DNA of 64,000 nucleotides, from positions 12,621 through 76,620 of the forward strand of contig BQIW01000005.1 in the NCBI GenBank assembly GCA_021604105.1. The letters run 5' to 3'. Source of the DNA: Nitrospirales bacterium (GTDB taxonomy: Bacteria; Nitrospirota; Nitrospiria; Nitrospirales; UBA8639). Shown one piece after another: positions 46,316 through 55,925 of this stretch; positions within the stretch are counted from its first letter, which is position 1, and each line of letters starts with the position of its first letter. The notes under the pieces were generated by a model. The model was not told the DNA's origin, made no database searches, and worked only from the letters and a program-made list of their open reading frames with translations. The position numbers and the translations under genes are program-made.

Positions 46316-47704
46316 TCAAGAGTCAGGGATTTTCTTGAGCCGGCGGTCCAACGCAAAGCGCGTAATGCCAAGGTATTTAGCAGCGAGACTTTTATTATTA
46401 TCAGATACCCGCATGACTTCTTCAATCAAATCGCTTTCAATGCCCGCAAGAGTTTGCTCTCCGAGAATCATTTCCATGCGCACCACCTGTTGATCCCCTC
46501 GAGTGACCGCATTGACCGAGGAACGTGCCACTTCATGAACTTCACGAGGCAAATCCCCTTCCGTCAAGCTTTTCCCACGACAAAAAATAGCCGCACGCTC
46601 CATGATGTTTTCCAGTTCACGAATATTTCCCGGATAGGGATAGCGCTCCAACAGCCGTTGGGCTTCCGGCTCAATTGCCGTAACCTCTTTACCAAGATCA
46701 CTGCTTTGTCGAATCAACGTCGCAAGAGCCAGAGGGATAATATCCTCTGTCCGATCCCGTAATGATGGGAGATTCAAGGACACCACATTCAGTCGAAAGA
46801 ACAAGTCCTCCCGGAATCTGCCTTGCGACACATCTTTACGCAGATCCCGATTGGTGGCCGCAATCAGACGAAAATCCACCTCAATATCCTCCTGCCCACC
46901 CAACCGTCTAAACGAACGCTCTTGTAATACTCGAAGCAATTTCGCTTGCATTGAAGGATTAAGGTCTCCAATCTCATCTAAAAAGAGCGTCCCGCCTTCC
47001 GCCTGCTCACAGAGGCCGGGTTTGCGCTGGTTGGCCCCCGTGAAGGCCCCACGCTCATAGCCAAACAATTCACTTTCAAATAATTCCTGAGGAATGGCTG
47101 TGCAATTGACCCCAACAAACGGACCTTTGTCCCGGGGGCCGTTATGATGAAGGACTCGAGCGACAAATTCTTTCCCTGTTCCTGTCTCTCCAAACAGAAG
47201 AACCGTCGTTTTCAAATTTTTGGCCATTTCCTGAATTTGCCCGACCAATTCTTTCATACTGGGACTATTGGCAATCAAACTGTTGAAGGCGTACCGACCG
47301 GGTCTATCCTGCGTTTCAAAGTCGATACGGCGCCGGAGGGTCAGATAGTCCAATGCGCGATCGATCACAGGCTCTACACTGGAGAAATCGACGCTTTTAA
47401 TCAGAAAATCATAGGCTCCAAGTTTAATGGCCTCCACCGCATCCTCCACCGTGCCATAGGCCGTAAGGAGAATAACCAGGGACTGTTGAGATTTCGCACG
47501 AATTTGCTTGAGCGTCTCCAGTCCGCTTAACCCGGCCATTTTTAAATCTAATAAAATTAAATCTGGCATATCATGATCAAGGGCTTCCAATAAGGCTTCC
47601 CCCGAAGTAAAGCTTCGAACATGATGGTGTCGTTTGGCGATCCGCCGGCTGATGGCCTGGCGAACCACATCATCATCATCCGTAACAAAAATGTTAGCGC
47701 GCAT
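46316..47704 (-). CDS. NtrC-family sigma54-dependent response regulator (copy 1, canonical)
   Basis: REC domain (DLILLDLKM), Walker A GETGTGKE, GAFTGA, FREDLFFRLN, and a C-terminal Fis-type HTH. Confidence 0.9.
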   Translation of the reverse strand: MRANIFVTDDDDVVRQAISRRIAKRHHHVRSFTSGEALLEALDHDMPDLILLDLKMAGLSGLETLKQIRAKSQQSLVILLTAYGTVEDAVEAIKLGAYDFLIKSVDFSSVEPVIDRALDYLTLRRRIDFETQDRPGRYAFNSLIANSPSMKELVGQIQEMAKNLKTTVLLFGETGTGKEFVARVLHHNGPRDKGPFVGVNCTAIPQELFESELFGYERGAFTGANQRKPGLCEQAEGGTLFLDEIGDLNPSMQAKLLRVLQERSFRRLGGQEDIEVDFRLIAATNRDLRKDVSQGRFREDLFFRLNVVSLNLPSLRDRTEDIIPLALATLIRQSSDLGKEVTAIEPEAQRLLERYPYPGNIRELENIMERAAIFCRGKSLTEGDLPREVHEVARSSVNAVTRGDQQVVRMEMILGEQTLAGIESDLIEEVMRVSDNNKSLAAKYLGITRFALDRRLKKIPDS

Positions 47705-47707
47705 CGA

Positions 47708-49633
47708 TTACACCGTTGGGAGTTGGGGTTGGCATACACAAGGAAGCCACCATGTCATGGTGGTCCCAATACCTGACTGACTTTCCGCATGAATCTCTCC
47801 TCCATGGGCTTCAATGATATTTCGACAAATGGGCAATCCCAGTCCGGTTCCACGATGCTTGCCGGTGGTAAAAAACGGTTCAAAAATCCGAGGAAGAGCA
47901 CTTGAACTGATTCCCTTTCCATTATCTTTGACTGTAATACGCAGCCCCGGTGTTCGTTCAATGGTTTCCTCTTCCAGGGACAGAGATAGACATCCTTCCT
48001 CCGACATCGACTCAACGGCATTCTGGATCACGTTGAGTAATACTTGCTTCAATTGATCCCGATCTGCTTGGATGGAATCCAGATTGGGAGGCGAATGGAA
48101 ATCGATTTGAATCGCCTTTTGTTTTATGGGTTCATTGAGGACCTGCAAAGATTCCAGTATCAGATCTCGTAATTGAAAGGTCACCGGGAGCAGGTCTCTT
48201 GGTCGCGCAAAGTCAACAATTTGGTTCACAATGCGATCCAGTCTCCGGGTTTCCTTGAGAATGGTTACAAGATCATCATGCCGGGAATCACCATCAGGAA
48301 AATCTTCCATCAGCAACGTCGTGGTTGATCCAATCCCCACCAGCGGATTTCGTATTTCATGGGCAATACCTGCAGCCATTTGTCCTAATGTAGCCAATCG
48401 GTCAGATCGGTTCAATTGTGCACGCATATGCTCCAAAGCCGTGATATCCACATTAAATCCCTGGTACACCATGGTCTGCCCACCGTGGTCTTGAATCGGA
48501 ACCGCCCGACATAAGACCTTGCGAACAGCACCGTCCGGATGCAGGAAGCGAAGAACCCGCTCAAATGGCTCACTCTGGTGGCAGGCATCCTGAAACGTTT
48601 CACGCACCCCCGCTCGATCGTCCGGATGAATGGCTTCCCACATATGTTCAGGATCTAACACCTCATCGGGATTCCTCCCAGCCAAAACCCAATTCTGCCG
48701 GTTGCTAAAAATCAGATGATCCTTTTTTGCCGTGAATATTCCGATGGGCGCATAATCCACAATCCCTCGATATTTAGCCTCAGAAGAGGTTAAATCCTGA
48801 TTCAGTGTCCGGAGTTCCTGTTCCGATTGTTCAATACGCCGGATATGATTTCGGATTTGGGTACCCATAGTTTGCATGACTTTCGTCAATTCGCCAATTT
48901 CATCGTCCCGTTGGAAAACGGGGATATTCGGAATATTCCCCCCGGAAACATTTTCAACGGCTTTAACCAAGGTTGTTAATGGTCCTGTAATGGACCGTGC
49001 AATGAGATGAAGAGGCACCAACAATAAGATCAATGCCAACGACCCTCCCCACACGACCACTCCCATCAGGGCCGCTCGGTCTGCCGCGCTACTACCAAGG
49101 GCGTGTTGCAATTGCGTGACTTCCCGCCGGTCAAATCGAGCCATTTCCTCACGAATCGCCAGCATGAGGATACGACCTTTTTCACTCTCGACATAGTCCG
49201 TGGCCTCTTGTGGATACCCTGCTTTGACCCGATCAATCAACCGATCTTTGTCATTCATTAATTGTTCGACCATTCCTTGAACGGTTTCGATTACCTGTCG
49301 CTGATCTTCAACAGACTTGACCATCTGTCTCAATGAATTCCCGAGTAACAGGACTCGTTGCCTGGCTGCCAAATACGGCTGCAAAAATGGGGCTTTTTGT
49401 GTCAGAATAAACCCGCGAAACCCAGTTTCGAGGTCCACAACTAAGCGCATATATTCAGCCGACGCGCTTTGCACCAGATACACCTCATTAAGACGATCTT
49501 CATCCAGAGAAAACGTCTGAACGCTTCTATAGGTCACCAGGCTCAAAATTAAGACGGCCAGAACGGGGACACCAGAGACTAAAAGAAGCTTCCTGGCAAT
49601 TGGAAGATTTAAAAAAAGTTTATTGAGAGACAT
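47708..49633 (-). CDS. sensor histidine kinase: CHASE3-HAMP-PAS-HisKA-HATPase
   Basis: N-terminal TM plus a CHASE3-like segment (ETGFRGFILT), a PAS domain, an H-box (AAGIAHEIRNPL) and N/G boxes. It ends 4 nt before the regulator gene. Confidence 0.9.
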   Translation of the reverse strand: MSLNKLFLNLPIARKLLLVSGVPVLAVLILSLVTYRSVQTFSLDEDRLNEVYLVQSASAEYMRLVVDLETGFRGFILTQKAPFLQPYLAARQRVLLLGNSLRQMVKSVEDQRQVIETVQGMVEQLMNDKDRLIDRVKAGYPQEATDYVESEKGRILMLAIREEMARFDRREVTQLQHALGSSAADRAALMGVVVWGGSLALILLLVPLHLIARSITGPLTTLVKAVENVSGGNIPNIPVFQRDDEIGELTKVMQTMGTQIRNHIRRIEQSEQELRTLNQDLTSSEAKYRGIVDYAPIGIFTAKKDHLIFSNRQNWVLAGRNPDEVLDPEHMWEAIHPDDRAGVRETFQDACHQSEPFERVLRFLHPDGAVRKVLCRAVPIQDHGGQTMVYQGFNVDITALEHMRAQLNRSDRLATLGQMAAGIAHEIRNPLVGIGSTTTLLMEDFPDGDSRHDDLVTILKETRRLDRIVNQIVDFARPRDLLPVTFQLRDLILESLQVLNEPIKQKAIQIDFHSPPNLDSIQADRDQLKQVLLNVIQNAVESMSEEGCLSLSLEEETIERTPGLRITVKDNGKGISSSALPRIFEPFFTTGKHRGTGLGLPICRNIIEAHGGEIHAESQSGIGTTMTWWLPCVCQPQLPTV

Positions 49634-49948
49634 CGTGAATTCTCCGAAATTTTCTTAAAATCCTTTCAATCCCTTCTCTGACATACCTGACACAGCCAGG
49701 CCCTATCACTATACCCCAATAGCTGGTCTAATCTCATTATGAGAGGTCACCACTCCGGATCATTCCTCTATTCAGAGTCTATTGACTGAACAGGTTGCCC
49801 GGATTGTCCGACCACAAATAACGGGGAAATAAACCATGGTCGGATTAGAATTATCTGTAATCACAGGCGGAAAAAGATGGCGGACAAAGCCACATGGTGA
49901 ATACCGGTGTGTCTGCAATCGGGAGGGAGAGGAAGACGCACACAAGAC

Positions 49949-51589
49949 TTACTTGGATAAGATAGTATCAGCCATAAATACAGGAATCCCGTGATTTTGA
50001 TGGTCTTCTGCAACAGCCCGCACATGATGGGTCAGGATCCCCTGTGCATAGTACGCTTCCGTCACCGGTTGCAATAGCACATACACAGCCAGGAGCCCCC
50101 CGATTGTCATGGTGACCGTATACGGAAGCGCCATCCACACCATCCGGCCATACGAAAGACGGATAAGGGGGGCGAGAGCGGACGTCAATAGAAAAAGAAA
50201 GGCCGCCTGCCCATTAGGAGTGGCCACACTGGGAATATTCGTCCCCGTGTTAATTGCCACCGCCAAAAGATCAAATTGATCCCGGGTAATCACTCCCTGG
50301 TGAAATGCCTGCAGCACCTGTTCAATATAGATCGTGGCAACAAAAACGTTATCGCTGATCGCCGACAGGAAGCCGTTGACAATAAAAAACATGCCGATTT
50401 GGTCATCTCCATCCATACCTAAAACAAAATGAATAATGCTTCCGAAAAGTTGTTGCTCCTGGATCACCGCTACGATCGAAAAAAACACTACCAGGAGGGC
50501 CGTGAACGGGAGAGCTTCTTTGAAGGCCTCCCCCAACTGATGCTCCTCAATAATGCCATTCAAGGCCGTCACTCCCACGATGACCGATAACCCAATTATG
50601 CCCACTTCCGCCAAATGGAAAGCCAGAGCGACAATTAACCAGATCATAGCCAGCCCCTGGACGATTAACCGGGCTTTACACCGATGATCCATCTTTTGAG
50701 AGGTCTCCTGGTCAAACCGCCAAAGAATATCCCTGACGGCTGGGGGAAGACGAAATCCATATCCAAACCATCGGAATCGTTCAACCAAAACACAAGTCAG
50801 GAATCCCACAATCAACACCGGAATGGTCACAGGAGACATGCGAATAAAGAATTCCATAAAATTCCACCCCGCCTTCTCTCCGATCAACAGATTTTGGGGT
50901 TCTCCGACCAAGGTGCAGACACCTCCGAGTGCAGTTCCAACCGCCCCATGCATAAGAAGGTTTCGTAAAAACCCTCGAAACTCCTCTAAATTCGAGCGAT
51001 GGAGGGTGCCAACCCCATGATCCAGTGTATGATCATAATCATCCTGAATACCTTTCCCTGAAGCCACCCGATGATACACTTTGAAAAACCCCACGCCCAC
51101 GGCAATGATGACTGCCGTCACGGTGAGGGCATCCAGAAATGCGGACAAAAATGCTCCCATTCCCGCAAAAAGCAGAGCCAGTGTCGTCTTTGATCTGACC
51201 TCGAGTAGGACCTTCGCAAAAACAAACAACAACAAATCTTTCATGAAGTAAATTCCGGCCACCATGAAAATCAGAAGGAGGATGACCTGAAAATTATTCA
51301 ATGCTTCGTGGTAGACGGTTGCTGGTTTTGCCAGTCCGATCAGCACCGCTTCAAGGGCCAGCAAACCACCGGGTTGCAGAGGATAACTCTTCAACGCCAT
51401 TGACAAGGTGAAAATAAATTCAAGGACGAGGCACCAGCCCGTCACAAAGGGGCCGACGGTATACAATAAGCAGGGATTAATAATGAGGAAGGCGAGAATT
51501 GTCCCCTTGTACCACCTCGGGGCATGGTCGAGAAAATTTTGTTCAAATGCACGAAGAAAAAGTAACACCGGAATACACAATCTCCACAA
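49949..51589 (-). CDS. nhaB: NhaB-type Na+/H+ antiporter (copy 2)
   Basis: 546 aa. It shares long identical blocks with copy 1, e.g. [19 protein letters not shown] and [31 protein letters not shown]. Confidence 0.85.
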   Translation of the reverse strand: MWRLCIPVLLFLRAFEQNFLDHAPRWYKGTILAFLIINPCLLYTVGPFVTGWCLVLEFIFTLSMALKSYPLQPGGLLALEAVLIGLAKPATVYHEALNNFQVILLLIFMVAGIYFMKDLLLFVFAKVLLEVRSKTTLALLFAGMGAFLSAFLDALTVTAVIIAVGVGFFKVYHRVASGKGIQDDYDHTLDHGVGTLHRSNLEEFRGFLRNLLMHGAVGTALGGVCTLVGEPQNLLIGEKAGWNFMEFFIRMSPVTIPVLIVGFLTCVLVERFRWFGYGFRLPPAVRDILWRFDQETSQKMDHRCKARLIVQGLAMIWLIVALAFHLAEVGIIGLSVIVGVTALNGIIEEHQLGEAFKEALPFTALLVVFFSIVAVIQEQQLFGSIIHFVLGMDGDDQIGMFFIVNGFLSAISDNVFVATIYIEQVLQAFHQGVITRDQFDLLAVAINTGTNIPSVATPNGQAAFLFLLTSALAPLIRLSYGRMVWMALPYTVTMTIGGLLAVYVLLQPVTEAYYAQGILTHHVRAVAEDHQNHGIPVFMADTILSK

Positions 51590-51625
51590 AAATGATTCGC
51601 CAGCGAGTGGTTAACCCACAGTGCC

Positions 51626-53425
51626 CTAGCTTACCGTTAAAGCCGGTTCTTTGTGGGCTTGTAGCCCAACCTCTACGGCCTTCTTTTCCACGATCTGCAT
51701 AGCGTTATCCAACGCCTCATTAAAATGTGTGCAGATATAGTCGTCCTTCAGTCTGGAAAGTTCATTTAAATCGCCAAGAACCTGTCGGGTTCGAGGGGAC
51801 ATGCCGGCTGTTAACACTGCCACCCCGCGACTATTAGCAGCTTCAATTAAGTCTCCTAACGCGTAAGCCCCCGACAAATCCAATTCATCCAACCATTTGC
51901 AACGAATGATGAGCACATCTTTGCTGTCAAGAAGTTCCACCGTCTCGTTCAACCAATCGATCGCACCGAAAAATAACGGACCGTGAGGACGGACGATGAT
52001 AATCCGATCTCGAACGATATGCTCAAAACGACCGCTGAGCTCTCCCATATTAGCCCCATTCTGGCTGATTTTTCTGGCATAATCCCTGGCGAAGGAAAAA
52101 ATGAGGTCTTCTTCTTCCTGTTTCACATCCTCATCCCGTTGACTGAGATCCGCTTTATAGCGATCAGACTGGTCTTTGACAAACCGGAAAAACGCCACCG
52201 CGAGTCCCATCGCCATGGCGGACAATAAATTCCAAAATACGGTCATGAAGACCACGAGTCCAAATACCATCAAATCAGAGGTCGGCAATCTTCGAACCAC
52301 CGGCAGAACTCGCATATCCAGAATGTCATAGCCCGCCTTGAGGAGAATACCCGCCAAGGCGGAGAGAGGAATGGATGCGGCCAATGAACCCAGACCAAGA
52401 ATGAACGAAAGCAGAACAAGCCCCATCGTAATGGACGATAAACGGGTTCGTGCCCCACTCTGAATATTCACCACACATGGCATCGTATTGGTAGCTCCCC
52501 CTAATCCTCCAACCAAACCCGAAAAGAAATTGGCTGATCCTTGGGCGACCAATTCCCGGTCACTATTGTGATGAGTTCCGGTCATATTATCGACAATAAG
52601 ACAAGTCAGGAGGCTATCGAATATACATAATCCAGCAAGAGCCGCAGCCGGGACGAAGGCTTTTTCTAGAATGTCGAGATTGGGAAGATACAACTCAGGT
52701 AAGCCGGTGGGAATATCTCCGATTTTAGGGATGTCCAGCCCCAGCACGACCGTGGTTATCGTACCGGCAAATAAGCCTATTAACGGGCCTGGCAACCAAG
52801 GAACAGGAGAAATTTTTGGCCAAACAATGACAAAAAGTAAGGTCAACACCCCGATTCCTACTGCCACAGGGGATGCATGGGCCAAACTTGAGGGCAATTC
52901 CGTTATAGCGGACGTAATACTCTTCACGCCGGGAAGCCCCAAAAACGGATTGAGTTGAAGCAACATATACAACACACCCAAACCCGTCATAAATCCCGAG
53001 ATGACTGAATAGGGCGTAAACTTGATAAATTGGCCGAGCTTTAATAATCCCAACACAATTAAAATAAAGCCGGTTAAGGCGACAGTCGTGAAAACGAAAA
53101 CCAGATCGGGACTCCCATCGGCCAACTTATTGGTTTGAGTCATGGAAAGGATTTGAATGGTCATCGGTCCTGTCGGCCCACCTACTGACCACGCTGACCC
53201 ACTGAGTGGACCCGCAATAAGACCGGCCGCCACTGCCGACCACATGCCTGCAATCGCCCCGATCCCGGAAGCCACTCCGAAGGCCAGGGCCATGGGAAGC
53301 ACCACCATCGCCACCGTGATTCCCGCCAACACATCCCCCCTCACATTGCTGGCAATCCCTTTAAAGTTTTCTTTGAAATTAAAATCTTTAAGATATTCCC
53401 CAATACCCGCAGTCAGGTGCTCCAT
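51626..53425 (-). CDS. SulP-family anion transporter with STAS domain (copy 2)
   Basis: SulP signature (LPMALAFGVASG...GPTGPM) and a C-terminal STAS domain. I prefer the ATG at 53425 because GGAGG lies 9 nt upstream; the track start at 53455 lacks an SD. Confidence 0.85.
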   Translation of the reverse strand: MEHLTAGIGEYLKDFNFKENFKGIASNVRGDVLAGITVAMVVLPMALAFGVASGIGAIAGMWSAVAAGLIAGPLSGSAWSVGGPTGPMTIQILSMTQTNKLADGSPDLVFVFTTVALTGFILIVLGLLKLGQFIKFTPYSVISGFMTGLGVLYMLLQLNPFLGLPGVKSITSAITELPSSLAHASPVAVGIGVLTLLFVIVWPKISPVPWLPGPLIGLFAGTITTVVLGLDIPKIGDIPTGLPELYLPNLDILEKAFVPAAALAGLCIFDSLLTCLIVDNMTGTHHNSDRELVAQGSANFFSGLVGGLGGATNTMPCVVNIQSGARTRLSSITMGLVLLSFILGLGSLAASIPLSALAGILLKAGYDILDMRVLPVVRRLPTSDLMVFGLVVFMTVFWNLLSAMAMGLAVAFFRFVKDQSDRYKADLSQRDEDVKQEEEDLIFSFARDYARKISQNGANMGELSGRFEHIVRDRIIIVRPHGPLFFGAIDWLNETVELLDSKDVLIIRCKWLDELDLSGAYALGDLIEAANSRGVAVLTAGMSPRTRQVLGDLNELSRLKDDYICTHFNEALDNAMQIVEKKAVEVGLQAHKEPALTVS

Positions 53426-53515
53426 TCCTAATTTCCTCCGACTCAATCCTCTCATTCGTCATCGCCTGGCAAAGAAGGTACACGTGCGCCTTTAAAATCC
53501 ATAGAAAATTTCATC

Positions 53516-53531
53516 CGCAACTTACATGCCA
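53516..53531 (-). promoter_or_regulatory. sigma54-type promoter candidate for sulP2-nhaB2
   Basis: Minus strand reads TGGCAT-GTAAG-TTGCG (GG-N10-GC), 60-105 nt upstream of the two candidate start codons. Confidence 0.55.
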
Positions 53532-53647
53532 ATAATACAGCAGATGGGGTTCGACAAAGATTTTTTTATTTTCCTTTATAACTTCCACAATATCTGCGTA
53601 GAAATCCCGTCCCAACTATAAATAGATTCCTCTGGGTAAGACTCGCT

Positions 53648-53661
53648 GTGCGAAATCGTAC
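53648..53661. promoter_or_regulatory. 14-bp near-palindromic upstream element (putative enhancer-binding-protein site)
   Basis: GTACGATTTCGCAC in gene orientation. A second ATTTCGCACAG copy lies 24 bp further upstream (53670-53680). The centre is ~122 bp from the -24 GG. Confidence 0.5.
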
Positions 53662-53777
53662 GGTGTGCCCTGTGCGAAATAACTCCCGTTACGGCATGAA
53701 CAGAGGAAGGGGATTTTTCCCATTATCGGAAAGTTGAAGGAATGGGAAAGTGAAGCCTATCAGGACTTAATGAGGAA

Positions 53778-55169
53778 TTAGAATGTCAATGTCGCCATGG
53801 TATAGACATAATTGACATCGGCTGTCCCAGGGCTTTGTGGCACTCGATCAAAATAGGAGCCTTTGAAAAAACGGGTATATCCTACTTCAAATACCGAATG
53901 TCGGAAATACCCTGCCTGAGGAGCCCACGTTATGGAGGTATCCAACATGTTGCCAAGAAAAGTGCCCGCTCGACCGGTCGGATCCTGCAGACCGCTACCC
54001 ACAAACGGGCCGCGGCCATCAGCCAGCCAGAAGGTGCGATGAGACACCATCAACCTGACTGTGGAGATCGGTTGGAGTGTCGAGCGAAACCCAATAGGTG
54101 AAAAAATATTGGATGGAAAGATGATGCCCAAAATTCCGGTTGGTCCATATTCTGCCCGGCGTTTGGCAAACAAGAAATCAAAATTCTTTTTCGGGTTCCT
54201 GTCTCCGGACGCATAGTCAAACAGATAGACGAAACGTAAGGGCCATTCGGTCGCAAAACTATAGCCCACCTCTCCGTGATGTCGATGTGCAAAGAGATTC
54301 GTATGATCGACCTCTCCAACCTGGTAGATCGATTCTATCTCGTAATCGAATTGTTCTTTCGCCGGCTTGGCAAACACACGAAATCCCATGGTGGAAAGAT
54401 TACGTTTTTGCAGGTTACTCCCCTCATTCAACTGAAAATAATATAACTCCCCATTCGCCCAGGGAACATGGCGGCTGGAAATCGCCGCACCGGAAAAGTA
54501 GCTAATGGGGCTAGTCCAATCCGGGCTGACGGTATGACGTTGGACCGGTCGTGTGACAAATACCCGGAGCCCCCAATCAGAGGGTTTATCTCCCCCAAGG
54601 GTCAATTGCACCCCATCAAATGATGGCGTAAAGCTTCCAAACCGATGCCCTGCCACAAGACGTCCTTTCCCAAAATCCATGATCAACCGGCCGACCTCAA
54701 ATTTGCCGGAACTTCCTGTTCCCAAAAAATTCTGCGACACCAGATCAAGATGGAGTTGAAAAATATCCAGATGATCGACAAAATTGGGATTGTGATCCTG
54801 CCCCCGATCAGCTACAGGGGCCCGAAAATCTGCGAGTTCCAGCGTGAATCGAATAGGGTCCCAAATATCCTTAATTCCCAACAAAATCCTCGTCCGCTGC
54901 GCAACCATCTGATTACTGCCTGCTGTGCCTTTCGTAAAACTTTGATTAAACGTTTCATAGCGGGTTCGATGTTCTACTCCCAAATCCAACCATTCCGGTG
55001 TCAGAGCAGAAAGAGTATTAGGCTGTCGCAAAACAGTTTTCAAGCGATCAAAGTCACTCGGGAATTCTTTCGTATGAGTTCCATTTCCAGCCCCATGAGC
55101 AGGGTTTTGTACTGACTGGACTCCAAGCAAGAACAGGAGGCTCAAACAAACGACTCCAGATTTTTTCAT
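53778..55169 (-). CDS. outer-membrane beta-barrel, alginate-export (AlgE)-like porin family
   Basis: Signal peptide from the ATG at 55169 (GGAGA SD), alternating beta-strand pattern, an HRTRYE motif near the N-terminus and a C-terminal ...TLTF aromatic end. Confidence 0.6.
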   Translation of the reverse strand: MKKSGVVCLSLLFLLGVQSVQNPAHGAGNGTHTKEFPSDFDRLKTVLRQPNTLSALTPEWLDLGVEHRTRYETFNQSFTKGTAGSNQMVAQRTRILLGIKDIWDPIRFTLELADFRAPVADRGQDHNPNFVDHLDIFQLHLDLVSQNFLGTGSSGKFEVGRLIMDFGKGRLVAGHRFGSFTPSFDGVQLTLGGDKPSDWGLRVFVTRPVQRHTVSPDWTSPISYFSGAAISSRHVPWANGELYYFQLNEGSNLQKRNLSTMGFRVFAKPAKEQFDYEIESIYQVGEVDHTNLFAHRHHGEVGYSFATEWPLRFVYLFDYASGDRNPKKNFDFLFAKRRAEYGPTGILGIIFPSNIFSPIGFRSTLQPISTVRLMVSHRTFWLADGRGPFVGSGLQDPTGRAGTFLGNMLDTSITWAPQAGYFRHSVFEVGYTRFFKGSYFDRVPQSPGTADVNYVYTMATLTF

Positions 55170-55464
55170 CGTATCTCCATACACAACCAAAGCAAACCAT
55201 ACTAATTTTCATTTTCAATAATTTCCTATTCACCTACTTGGGCCACGCAAAACCAATACCAAGTTCCAGATATTGAGGAATCTGCACGAGGCATTGAAAA
55301 AGCACAACGAAATACCATGGTTCCCTGCTCCTTACAAAATGTCTGAATCCTTAGGTTGGAGTGATGCCGTTGATTCCGATTAATTTTCAATATTGGGTGT
55401 GCGTCGGTATCAGATTTTCCCCTGACTACTGGCTTCATGCACAGTGGCCATCACTTGAAAAAAG

Positions 55465-55478
55465 GTGCCATTTCACAC
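55465..55478. promoter_or_regulatory. copy of the 14-bp upstream element
   Basis: GTGCCATTTCACAC, with a weaker TCATCGCAC half-site 24 bp downstream (55494-55502). Confidence 0.4.
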
Positions 55479-55634
55479 ACGACCTCCTGTGCATCATCGC
55501 ACGCCAGCTGAGTTTGTTCGGCAGTTTCCCGCAAACCTTTGGATGAGGAGGCAACGGCTAACAGTGCGGAACCGAAGGATACTATTGTCCTCGCTTAATA
55601 GGTTGAGCATGCTTAAATTATTAGGGAAAATCTG

Positions 55635-55649
55635 GGCATGCCCTTTGCT
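55635..55649 (+). promoter_or_regulatory. sigma54-type promoter candidate upstream of the second NtrC-family gene
   Basis: GGCAT-GCCCT-TTGCT (GG-N10-GC; the base before GG is G, not T), ~280 nt before the ATG at 55926. Confidence 0.35.
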
Positions 55650-55925
55650 GTCTACTTTACAACATGAGGCCATGCCTCTTCCTGGAGAATGGTTCATTGG
55701 AGTGGAGATCCTCGGAACCTCTGTCCTCACACCTATCCAACACCCCTTGGATACAGGACAATGGCCGGGGGCTCTTTCCAATGAGTCCAGCAAAAAACAC
55801 TCATACCGTATAAAAGATTACCGGTTCTCCGAATTTTTCTGCAGTTGATATCGATGACCAAAGATGGGAAAGTACCATGAAATGGGGGCACAACTTCTTT
55901 ACTGATCTACAAGACAGGGAATGCT

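Noticed and set aside
55454-55470. Minus-strand TGGCAC-CTTTT-TTCAAG as a sigma54 promoter for the porin gene.
   Set aside because: The -12 position reads CA instead of GC. The TGGCAC overlaps the shared 14-bp element (GTGCCATTTCACAC), which explains its presence.
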